DNA from: Zootoca vivipara
Lineage: Eukaryota
NCBI RefSeq assembly: GCF_963506605.1
Contig: NC_083279.1
Coordinates: forward strand, 59,954,001 to 60,018,000
Direction of reading: 5' to 3'
Length of the DNA: 64,000 nucleotides
Below the pieces are notes generated by a model. That model was not told where the DNA came from. It did not search any database and was given only the letters and a program-made list of their open reading frames with translations. This document shows, piece after piece, positions 38,960 to 50,135 of the stretch. How positions within the stretch are numbered: the stretch's first letter is position 1; every line of letters starts with the position of its first letter. Position numbers and translations under genes: made by a program.

Positions 38960-39205
38960 TTTCTCAGGAAAGGACTTGGTTGGCGCACCAATCTAAGCCA
39001 TAATAGGCACTCCTTGCTGCAGAGGTTACCTGAACCTTCAGTGACAAAGATGGATATAGATTCACTCCCAAACTGCATACATGTTCATTCAGAGGGAGTG
39101 GACCCCTGTCCAGAACCAGCAAATTCCCCAACTCCTGGACCTGGAACTGCACACCCACAGAGCTTCCACCTTACCAGGATTCAGTCTCAGTTTCTTGGCC
39201 CTCAT
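38960..39205 (-). mobile_element. Old L2 fragment
   Basis: Minus strand encodes degenerate LRLNPGK.E.L and V.SLGV..D..LS...QV, as in the other L2 copies. Confidence 0.65.
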
Positions 39206-42200
39206 ACAGAAAGAGAAAGGAAGCCCTGAATTGGCCTGGTTGTGGTTTCATGGGTTACTCTTGTACTTCTTCCCCACTTCAGCTGTTTCTTGTCTCGGAG
39301 CTCCTGCGCTCTTCCACTCCCTTCCACCTCACTTCATCCTTCCCAATGGGAATAAGTGGGAAGGGCCTGGAAGCCCATGCCTGAGCTCCTACAGTGCTGC
39401 CTATCCCCAGCTGTGTTTGCAATCAGACTGGAAAGCTGCAGGAAAGCGGTTTTCTGTCAGGCTCCCGAGACACCCCTGAGAACAATCAAATGAAATATTT
39501 GAAATCACAAATACTTTTTTTTGCAAAGCTATGAAAACAACTTGTATCAGGACAGATGCTGCAATCTGAAAAAGGAGGAGGATATAAATCCATCCGAAGA
39601 TGAACATTTAGCTGTGGCAGGGACAGGGACAAATAAAAGCAACAAATCAGAGCTAGATTTATTCAGTCACATAGTCCACTACCCTTTGTGTTAATGAGCT
39701 ATTTACAGCAGGAGCAGGAATGTATAAGGAGGACTGGCACTGAGATTCCCTACATGGCGAGGACGGTAATAATAGTTCCCTGCCACCAGCTGCGCACTTA
39801 GATGGTTCAATTAAACAAATGCAGGTCAAGTTATTGCTGGGCATTTTACATGTAAGACCAGAATTTGAGCACTGACATATTAAGTTCTGCAAGGTGGAAT
39901 TCTGTGTGGCAGGAATAGCATTCCATGTTATTCACTTGTAGTTGTGTGGAGGCTCTCCATGCCACTCTAGATAGGTCCTGCCAACAGCACGGAGGGCTCC
40001 TGTGTAGTTATGTCAAGCCGCATGGAAAGTGAATTCCAGCTGTGTGGAGTCCTGCCCCCTGGAACAGGTTGGGGCAGCCTCTTAGTACTATTGATAATAG
40101 CAATGGCAGAATGCAAGAGTCATGTTCTTTGCTGTCCTTGTGGAGCTCATCAGTTACCTGTTCAAAGTTGTGAACTATACTGTTACACGCCACTCCAATT
40201 TCTGAGCAGCGAGAGATGCCAGGGTATCCAGTGAGTTCAGTTACCTTGGAATGAGGGTGAGCAGAGGCTGTTGTGTCGTAAGGATTTATGGTTTTATTCT
40301 CACATATATGTATCCTGAGCAAAGGGCTGATAGCTCTGCCTTTTGTTCTTTTACCAAGCAGCTAGGTCGTGAAGGACAGCAGCTTACTTGGTTCTGCTAA
40401 TCATGGTGCTTAACCAGTCAGCCAAACCATTACCTAGACAAATGGACGGGTTTTGCAAGATTGCTGTCAGATCCTATCCCCACAGATACAGGATCTTGAG
40501 AATTGCAAGGGGCTCAGGGCATCATCCACCCCCCCACACACCCCAAAAATCCCCAGAAGTCTGTGGCATTTGCAATTCTGTCCTCCAGCTCCCAGCACTG
40601 GCTGTAGAAAACACATGGTCAATGAAACAATGAAGCTGCAATATGTCAGATCCAACTTTTTGTCTGTCTAGACAAGCACTTTTTCATCTCCTGGCAGCAG
40701 TAGTTCTCCAGGATCACAAGCAGAAGTCTTTCACATCACCCCCATTTAACTGGGGATGCCATGGAATGAACCTGGGACCTCCTGCTTACAAATTATGTGC
40801 TCCATCACTGAGCTATTAGCCCTCACCTGGTCTGTAATAGCTACAAGTCATATTGTACTAGCTTCAGATTGCCAAACGTATATATAGCAGTGATGCTCTT
40901 AGAGATGTTAGTGAGCATCAGGTCTATTTGTTATCACGTGCCTCAGTAAACCCCAGCAAATGATCGCTTAAATACTAATTACAAGTGAATACAAATTTAA
41001 ACCTATTTTTCTTAACAGTCATCCTGAGGGGAGGGAGATACCACTGAATCAATGACAAACCTGTTCAAAGACAAAGTTATATGTCATAACAGTTGCATTC
41101 ATATCATACAATAGCAACGTAATGCTTTTCTACAGGGAAAATGCTTGTGTAATTGTTTAGTAGTGTAAGAACAATTGGAAAAAAGAATGAGGGAAATGAG
41201 GGTGCATTGAATGGGTAAAGGTCATTCTGTGCACTAAGAGAGAAGAGTGGGGAAAAACATTTTACGCTCACTTTGACTATGCATTATATCTCAGTTTAGG
41301 CCTTGATGTTAGTATTCTAAAGAAATGGCTGCACATTACATTAAACTTCTTATACAGAGACAGCAGGGAAGGCTGAGCAGCTTCAAATCTTTATCGTTAC
41401 AATCAATGACCAGCATTGGACTGAGCATCCCATTTTGGGTTTGGTGGCTCTCAGTCATAGGCCTGTTCCATACCATTACATCCCATTGTGTGCAATTGTG
41501 TGCTTTGGCATCCTGTTCCCATCCATTCTGGCCTATTGCATGCACTTTCTATGCATTTAGTGCACACTGTTTACATAACACACACTTTCAATGTATTAAT
41601 GAAATACAAACTTTGTTGGGGATAAGAAACCTAGCATGCTGCCATCCATTAGAGGGCAGGGTTGAGACTAGCAGACGGACTGGGAAAATACACTTTGTGG
41701 TTCCCCACACCTAAGCTTCCTCTTGCTCACTCGCTCTATTCTCCCTCCCTTCATGCACAAGGATGCCATGAAGGTAGTTCCAGTTGTGTATTGTAGAATC
41801 CAAAGCCATTCTCATGAGTAAAGAACTGTTTTTCTTTACCAGTGGGATTCCCACATATTTCCTTTTTTCTTTTGAAGCAATGGTAGTGATGTATGAATGA
41901 AACAGAATGGTTGGAAGGACTCCAGGCAGCTCCAGCTTCCAAGCTCTCCCCCCCCCCTCTCTCTCTCTAACTCATGATTATTCTGCAAATAAAAGTCTTG
42001 ATATATTTGGGTAAAAATAGAAGGGAAGGTCATTCTTGAAAATTCATGAACAAGCATGCATTCATATCTGTGTTAACTTCCATTAAAATGAGAGAGGAGA
42101 TTTGTAGCCACTAAACTCAAACACTGCAGGCTAGACTATAGGTGTTCACTGTTCACTATCTCTCTTTCCATGCACCTACTAATTTCAAGATTTCATAGTG

Positions 42201-44783
42201 GCCCTGACTCATCGTCTCTGTCACACACCTTGATACAGCTTTAACTAAAGTGGCATATGCAAATTGGAGCTGTTAGCTCCAATGTTTGGGTCATGTAATT
42301 GTACAGTTATTATAACATTATAAGGAAAACATTTTTCCCCCATTCAGGAAGACTCAGCAAATGTAATGCCTCTCAAATTTTCCTTTTCTCCTTCTGTCTG
42401 TGATATCCTGTTGGCTCTAGTAAGTTTGTTAGCAGAGCCGCTGAGCTAATTTGGATTGAAATGCAATAAAAGAACTAAGAAGAGCAAGCATTTCCGATAT
42501 GGTAGAGAGATGTCTGGAAAACAAAACCCGGCCAGTGCACAAAGCAGTCAGTGGGATGCTGTAAATAGTGTGTTGCAGCTCTTTTGTTGATACTCTGAAA
42601 ATAATTATGATTGTGAGCTGTCAAAAAGATTCAGTGCAACAATTATGGCCACCACCAGCTGACATGCCACCTAGGAAAACCTTTTCAAACACCAAGCTTT
42701 CTGCAACACTAATGAGCTATTAAAGGAGGGAAAAAATGAAACTCCCACAAGTCACGGGCTCAGCATCATAGCTGAACATGACTATAGCTTAAATCTTTAC
42801 ATATGGCTGATGATTACCATGTTCAACAAATATCAGCTTGGCGTTTCCCCGCACTTTAATCTCTTCAATAATGCCATTCTTTTTCATGTCAACTGTTTTC
42901 CTTTTCCAGATGTAGTGCATGGAAAGCTCAGACTCCACAGGGTTGTTTCCTATTGGATGACAGAGCACAGTGTTCCTTTACAAATGTAAAGGTTGAATAA
43001 GTGTTAGGGAAGTGCACCATGCATGACCATCCATATCCATTCACTTCACCAACACCATATGTGCAGTTGCACTGCTGTTTCAACTGTTAAGTGGATAAGA
43101 CAATACTGATACAGCCTTCCTTTGTCACATAATTTCATCTGCTAGGTGAGGGGGAAGGAAATGCAGTTTCATTCATAAATCTCTGGAGCAGGGTGCAGAA
43201 CTTTCCCCTCCCCACCTTGTGAGCTCAACAGTCTGACTGTTGAAAAGGGGTGGATTGCCCCCATCAGTTACAATATTTCACTGATGCCAATAGGAGAAGC
43301 CAATCTTTCTGCTTTGTGTGACACAACAGCATAAGAAACATTTAACTGCAGGTGGATACAATTGGGTACATTTTTTGGTAAAACCCTTGACAAACATTAG
43401 GACCCCCAGATTGTTGTTGTTGTTGTTTTACAATCTAGTGGTATATAAATTGTACACACACAGGCGCACACACACACACACACACACATCAGAGTGCCAG
43501 AGAATTCTGATAAAAATGCAAAGAGGAACAGAAATTGCCAGTGCTCGCTTATTCGTTTCATTTCCAGAATGGAAATCCATCCAGCGAATATGATGCAGTG
43601 GAACATCCCTGCACCAAGTAACCACAAAAAGAGGCATCACATGGACACATGGCACAGGTTGCAAAGTTCATGGAGAATATAAAGGTGATAAAACTAAAAG
43701 AATAAAAAATGCAAATGTTAAGAATCCCACAGAAATGAACAACATGGTCACAGTTAAAGCTTGTGCCAGCTTCAGGCTTCATACAAAACAAGTGCCTGGG
43801 GACTATCCTGTATGTTGACAGCTGAGAGTTCCCCTGATGATTTCAGAAACATCACCACAAAGTTCTTATCTGTGTTTCTTGCTCAGGGAAAGTCCCCCCC
43901 CTTCAAATGTTGTGGTTATGGGAGAGTGCCACAATCTTTGTCGTACTGTGTGCACAGCGATGTAGCCATTTGTCAGAATGTCACACGCGCTGCAGGATCT
44001 CATTGAGGTGTCATGCCCTCAAACCCATTCCTCTTGCCAACAGAGAGGCACAATAAAACATGGCTAAGCACTGTGAAGAAAATAAATCGCTTTGTTTGTC
44101 AGGATTGTTGGGAGATGTCTCTTCACTCCGATCAGCGCTCCCTCCATGTTATCTAAACACAGTTCATCACATGCACAGATAGCAACTGTGAAACACAGAT
44201 TGCTGAATCATTATTTATAAAGCTCCCAGCACAAACTTCTAGTAGTGGCAAGGAAGAAAACCCTGGAGGGTTGTTTCCTCATTTTCAGTCACTCAAATGA
44301 AAGTTGGTTTACCATTTAAAAGTACTGGAGGTTTCTTACCTGCTTTCTAAGAATCATCGACAAGTATCATTTCCTTTTGGGAGAAGCAGCTATTGGCTTT
44401 GAACTTTGAACTCGCTGAGCCTGAACTGAATTTAAACATTAGATTGCATGAAACTGTGTGGTGCAAAGCACAGAGGCTTGGCTTTGAAGCTGGACTCGGA
44501 TGACCTGCATTAAAATCCTGAGTAACTCACTGGATTGCCTTGTGCAAGCTACTTAGCATACACCGCAGGATTATATGGGCTGCTGTTAGGATAATCTGAG
44601 ATAAAGATATATATTATAGCACATTCTAATGAATTATGATGCAATGAGGGTGGGGAGAAGCATGGAATCTAACTGTCTGATACTGTTTGTGATTCTTTGT
44701 GGCAGCAGTAAGCCTGATATCTGATTAAAGAGACAAACCCAAGAGACTTTGACACAGCTGCTACAATCCAAATCCGCCCCCTG

Positions 44784-44827
<44 letters not shown>

Positions 44828-44921
44828 ATTTTATTATTCATACCCCACCCATCTGGCTGGGTTTCCCCAGCCACTCTGGGCAGCTTACAGCATATATAAA
44901 ACATAGTAAAATATTAAACAT
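44784..44921 (-). mobile_element. L2 3' terminus with (TAC)n tail
   Basis: CCCATCTGGCTGGGTTTCCCCAGCCACTCTGGGCAGCTT preceded by ~14 TAC units. Confidence 0.85.
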
Positions 44922-45045
44922 TACTATTGCAGAAGAAGCCATTGTCACTGATGTACTTGTACCTTATAGAAGGGCAGGTTGTGTCAGGAAGGCAAGAAGA
45001 CCAAAAGCCCCCTGAGAGAGTTTGCATTATTGTTATGTATCAGGA

Positions 45046-45175
45046 CAGGAATGTCCAACTCCCAAGAGACTGCAATCTGCTCCCACTACTAAGTTGTTGA
45101 GGTTTTTTTGGAAGACCAATCAGGAACACCCCACAATCGACCAGTAGATCGCAATTGACCAGTTGGACATCCCTG
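45046..45175. mobile_element. hAT-type MITE
   Basis: TIRs CAGG(A/G)ATGTCCAACT; 8-bp TSD TATCAGGA/TATTAGGA (7/8). Confidence 0.75.
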
Positions 45176-45394
45176 TATTAGGAAAACAAATTCCTGTGAG
45201 AGTGGCCCAGAATACTCCCTCATGTGAAGACAAAACAGCTCAGGTGGTCTATTCCCTGCAGCTCTGTGTCCATCTTATGTATGCTTTATCTGTTTGATGG
45301 AGTTTGCCTGACCCTCACCCCAGTTTGTTTTGATGTCTTGAAGTTGGGGCCAGCTCAAGACACTTTGCTGCCTGAAGCAAATGACAAAATAGTT

Positions 45395-45626
45395 GAGAGC
45401 CAGTGTGGTGTAGTGGTTAAGAGCGGCAGACTCGTAATCTGGGGAACCGGGTTCGCGTCTCCACATGCAGCTGCTGGGTGACCTTGGGCTAGTCACACTT
45501 CTCTGAAGTCTCTCAGCCCCACCCACCTCACAGGGTGTCTGTTGTGGGGGGGGGGGGAAAGGAGATTGTTAGCCGCTTTGAGACTCCTTCGGGTAGTGAT
45601 AAAGCGGGATATCAAATCCAAACTCT
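45395..45626 (+). mobile_element. tRNA-CORE SINE (Squam3-type)
   Basis: Homologous to 21072-21325. Confidence 0.85.
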
Positions 45627-46112
45627 AGTTCATTCATTCATTCCATTTACAGAAGCTGACTATACTGGTAGCTGAATCTTGTTTTAACACTGCCAATGGG
45701 ATAATGTCCTCCAATTTACTTCCATCGCATTGCAATAAATCTGGGTTCTCCCTGACAATTTGGCAAAATCCTCCCCCCATGCCATTTGAACAACGAAAAC
45801 CAGTAATTTTCCTGACATATGGCAAGCCTACCTCCAGTGCACCTGAGGACATCAGGCTATTTCGGGCTGCATGCTCGTGACATATTTTGCTACAATTCCC
45901 AGCAGAAAGAAATGGGCAGAGAGCTGAGGATAAGAAACAATCAGAAGCCCTCCAGCTTCCGCTGTCTGAGGCAAATACCTTACACTATCTAATGGTAGGG
46001 CTGGACATCTTTGAAGTGAAGTTGATAGCAACATTATAAGCAGGCTTCTCACCAGATGCAATCATTTTTGAAACACATGTTGACTGTTGAATTGAATATT
46101 TTGTAATGCTAT

Positions 46113-46539
46113 TGTCACGGTGGCCGGAGAAGGCTACTTCAGAGTAACGACTCTACACAGCTCTGCATTTTGTCTTTTATTGGTGCTGAGTATTTACAGT
46201 GCTAATGGCAGTGCTATTTACAAAGACACATCTGTTCAGCTTGAATCAGAACCTCCAAGTGGCTTTTGGCGCGTCTTGCGCCAGCATAACAACTTGGGGA
46301 GACCCATCCTCTTCCCCCGACGCTTTCTGCGAAGTTCCGGAGTTGGGGGGACTGGCCTGCCCCCCTTCCTTCCCCCTTCCTGTCCCACCTGGGACGATGG
46401 CTCTTCTACCCTGCCAGAGCCTTGGACACCACTTCCTGTTTCCCCACTTGAGCTGGAGCTTTCCCTCTTTTCAGCCTCGCTCGGGGCTGGGCTGGAACTC
46501 AGGAGGGGAGGGGCTTCGCGATATCCCTTGCCCCTCACA
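46113..46539 (-). mobile_element. Solo LTR (427 bp; probably Ty3/Gypsy), family B
   Basis: TGT(C/G)A...T(C/G)ACA termini, perfect 5-bp TSD GCTAT (46108-46112, 46540-46544), minus-strand AATAAA at 46176-46181, and CpG-rich sequence (young). Confidence 0.92.
46236..46538 (-). other. LTR-encoded open reading frame (100 codons, no initiating ATG; putative C-terminal module of a retroelement protein)
   Basis: Open from LTR base 2 to TGA. The C-terminal motif is conserved with the ORF at 49465-49740 via synonymous codons. Confidence 0.65.
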
Positions 46540-46660
46540 GCTATATTTCAAAATTAATACATTTCAGTAGCTTTCAGCATTTGAAATTTATGAATCAGGA
46601 ATATGGAATTCCAAAAGAACATGTTTTTTAATTAACAAAATGCTAATCTTTTGATTTCCA

Positions 46661-46770
46661 GAGGACTAGCCGTGTCAGTCTTTTATGGCAAAAACAAGTT
46701 TTGCAGTACCATAAAGACTAACAAATTTATTATGGCATAAGCTGTTGTCCCCTTCATCAAGTTCATGAAG
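46661..46770 (-). mobile_element. Old Penelope pseudo-LTR remnant
   Basis: TAGCCGTGTCAGTC...GTACCATAAAGACTAAC...GGCATAAGCT...CTTCATCA is collinear with 1487-1600. The hammerhead is degenerate. Confidence 0.6.
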
Positions 46771-48919
46771 CATTATCCTGAATTATAGATTGTACAAAGT
46801 GAGGTCAGAGGGAAATGAAATGCAGAAAAGTACAATGATAATTACATACTTAACAGTGGTAATTCACAAAACAGTTGGTGAATTAAATTTTTGGTATTTC
46901 ATATAATGGAATCAACAGATGCTAAAAGTTCCGTTCAGCATTTTAAACTTTGTGGGTCTCTCCCCCCCCCCCCCGCATCCCATGGAATTTGAACACCTCT
47001 GTGAGGTATTTGCAATTAATGTGAAATATGACCCCCAAGCTACCTTTAGCCCTCTTTTGTTCTGCACAGAGGAAGAGATATACTGAAGTTACAAACATTC
47101 AAGTGCAAGGAATGCACAATATAGAAATTAAACAGGAAGGGATTGCTTTACATCTATTGCCAAGGCTGCATTTAAAAGGCAACTCATATCAAACTGGCAG
47201 TGCATGCGTTGCATGGGAGAGTGCTTGTTTACCACCATGGTTGGAGGCAGTATACCTCTGAATCATAGCTGTCAAGTTTTCCAGAGATATAGACTAAATG
47301 AGCAGCTGACCTGATCCAGTATCCTTTTTTGGTCTTATGGTGTTTGGATCCTGAGGTGCCTAAGGAAAGCATCAAGCCTAAGGTTTAGAAGAGGTGCTTT
47401 TTGCTCTCAGGAGATAAGCCATTTTAATCTTTCTGAATATGTTCCTCTTGCAGGTGAGTCTATGAGAAACAGCTTTGTAAAACAGAGAGACAGCTTTACA
47501 TGCAGAATTTTTTTTAAAAAAACCTTCACTGTGGGTGCTTACGGAACTCAATTCCCTTCCAGTGAGATGATCAGCCACTGTTTGAGGAAATAAGGCAGAA
47601 TTATTCCTGCAGCCACGTACCTCTGAAAATAATTGACACTAGTATCTCAGTTAGATTGCATTCCCCTACAAAATGGAGTGATTTCAGCCAGGTGTTGCCA
47701 CTTTCTTAAATGCTGTTTAATTAGTGCTATCATTTATTGTTTTAATTGATAGCTGCATGCAGTTGTTATGGTGCTTTATTGATTGTATACTTCCGTGATT
47801 ATGCATGGCGTCTGAGAAGCCATTTGAGCACCCGCTGCTTTTAAGACCTTGACGATTTTCCTGGAGAAGCCAATAAAGAAATACATACCCTAACCCTGCC
47901 ACAACAATAACTTGCAGAGGCAAGTGTGTTGCAGACTTCCACATAAAAGATTCTGGCCATTTCAGTTCATTGATTTAGCCGTGTGCCCTGCATTTCAATG
48001 TCCTGCACAGCTCGTGTTATTTTATTTTTCTTTAAGAGTTCCTCTTTTCTTTGCTTTGCTTGTTAGGGGAGAGAACAGTCAAAAGAACTGAAATCCTATC
48101 CCTCTGTCCTTTAGGTATTTAGAATTAGAAATTTGCTACTATTGTGGCTGCAGTTTCCCATCTTAGACAAATGCTGCAAATTGAACTTCAAGCTTTCTAG
48201 AGTAGACAGATTTGCCACAAGAGGCCTCCCCCCAAAAAAAACTCTCTCTCAAGTCCTCTTACTGAGCTATTGTGCTTGAACTCAACAGGCATCCTGAAGG
48301 CTTTTTAACTACAGTTTCTTTTCAATCATTTATCCCCCGCCCTCGCAATCAGACCACGTTTGACAAACCAAAGGTCACTATTCCATTGCAAGGGCCTTTG
48401 CCAGATATTAGATTTAAATCACTTGTATTGCATAAGAACTGAAGCAACTGGTTGAAGTATCTAATCAGGGGATATTTATCAAGCAGAATAGCTGCTTACT
48501 AATAAGAAAAGCAGAATGGGGAAGGAAAGCTTGATATTGCTGACTTTCTCTCAGATCAAGATTATACGTAATTTCCCAACCCTTATGTGCCAACTCACTC
48601 AGTCAAATGGTAAATGATTGCAGACAGACAGACAGTTTTGCTGTGCAAGTATGGCTAGATTTTGCATTTCTTGCCACTCTTTCAAATGGATCTAGTGCCT
48701 TGTACCTCTATAATGAGGACACGGTGGGTGTGAGTAACTGCCAAGAACATTAATTTGTGAATGTCTGGCCAAATAGAGATTCCTGAGCAGAGTGGGCTTA
48801 TAATGATGACTGAGACAGGAATTAATTTTCTTTTTCTACATCATATAATCTAGTCCAGCTGTCTCCCACATCATGCTCTCAATAAATTTTAGAGTACAGT
48901 TCCCAACATGCCTGGTCAC

Positions 48920-49009
48920 CATAGCTGCCAAGTTTTCCCTTTTCTCGCGAGGAAGCCTATTCAGCATAATGGAAAATCCCTTTAAAAAAGGGATAACTTG
49001 GCAGCTATG
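48920..49009. mobile_element. 90-bp hAT-type MITE (second copy)
   Basis: 3 differences from 1277-1366; perfect 8-bp TSD CTGGTCAC (48912-48919, 49010-49017). Confidence 0.9.
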
Positions 49010-49078
49010 CTGGTCACTGTCAGGGTGCCTCGGTGGCTTCACACGAGTAAAAGCTCCAAACTCCATAACTGGCTTTTA

Positions 49079-49414
49079 CAGAGTGGGTTAAACCACTGAG
49101 CCTAGGGCTTGCTGATCAGAAGGTCGGCGGTTCGAATCCCTGTGACGGGGTGAGCTCCCGTTGCTCGGTCCCAGCTCCTGCCAACCTAGCAGTTTGAAAG
49201 CATGTCAAAGTGCAAGTAGATAAATAGATACTACTACAGCGGGAAGGTAAATGGCGTTTCCGTGTGCTGCTCTGGTTCGCCAGAAGCGGCTTTGTCATGC
49301 TAGCCACATGACCTGGAAGCTGTACACCAGCTTCCTCGGCCAATAACGCGAGATGAGCACCACAACCCCAGAGTCGGTTACGACTGGACCTAATGGTCAG
49401 GGGTCCCTTTACCT
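49079..49414 (+). mobile_element. Sauria SINE (slightly 5'-truncated)
   Basis: GGTTCGAATCCC B box, body homologous to 31650-32023 and CCCTTTACCTTT tail. Confidence 0.92.
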
Positions 49415-49464
49415 TTTTATTATATACATATGTACAAAGGAAAAGCAGAAAAGTCCATGACCGT

Positions 49465-49807
49465 TCAGTCCGAGTCAGAATCCAGAAGTGCCTGTCGTCG
49501 GGACTGCCTCCAACAAAGTAGCCTTAGGGACCTAAATCTCCTCCTCTGCTCCCAACGCTTTTCACCTCTGCGTAACTGGGGGGATGGAGGGACAACGTCC
49601 CCCTCCCCTCCTGAGCTGCTCAGTTGCTTCTGCCCAGAAACCTCCCCTTCCGTAGCGCTGCGATCTGACGCTCCCGACCTCCCCTGTGGGTGTTCCGAGC
49701 TGTCAGCATCCCTCCTCCTGCACCATCTCCCTAGGGTCACCCCTGTCTGAGAGCCCCGGCACCGCTGTGCTGGGCTCTCTGCTGACCCCTAGTGGTGGTC
49801 CCCTGAC
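49465..49807 (-). pseudogene. LTR-encoded reading frame with one frameshift (~49710)
   Basis: VRGPPLG...MVQEE (frame from LTR base 2) joins DADSSE...VPPSPQLRRGEKRWEQ...LLCWRQSRRQALLDSDSD* if one G is removed. Confidence 0.6.
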
Positions 49808-50135
49808 AGTCACTGACCATGCTGGTTGTAGCTGGTTGAAGTTGGAGTTCAAAACAACTGGAAGACATTGTGTTGAGCAAGGCAACATGGACCTTTATTG
49901 TGACATATGAAATGCTTCAGCAGAAACATGTCCTATTTGCAGGAGAAAATAAAATATTTGTTCATTTCTCAAGATTTACATATTGCATGATTGTAATGAA
50001 ACCTCAAAGCTGTTTACAAAAAGAAGAAAAGAAACACAGGGGATATTTAATAATTATATTTCTAAATGTACAAATGAGAGGCTTGGGCTGATGATATTAG
50101 TTCTAATGATTCATCATAATCACAACATCAAGACT

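Larger units (their letters stand above)
49018..49808 (-). mobile_element. Solo LTR (probably Ty3/Gypsy), family C, interrupted by a Sauria SINE
   Basis: TGTCAGGG...CCCTGACA 8-bp inverted termini, perfect 5-bp TSD GTCAC (49013-49017, 49809-49813) and minus-strand AATAAA at 49416-49421. Confidence 0.9.

Noticed and set aside
46120-46570. Plus-strand 145-aa and 123-aa ORFs over LTR B (and 49430-49750 over LTR C)
   Set aside because: Antisense shadows of the GC-rich minus-strand frame. The synonymous-substitution pattern and the AATAAA position support the minus strand.
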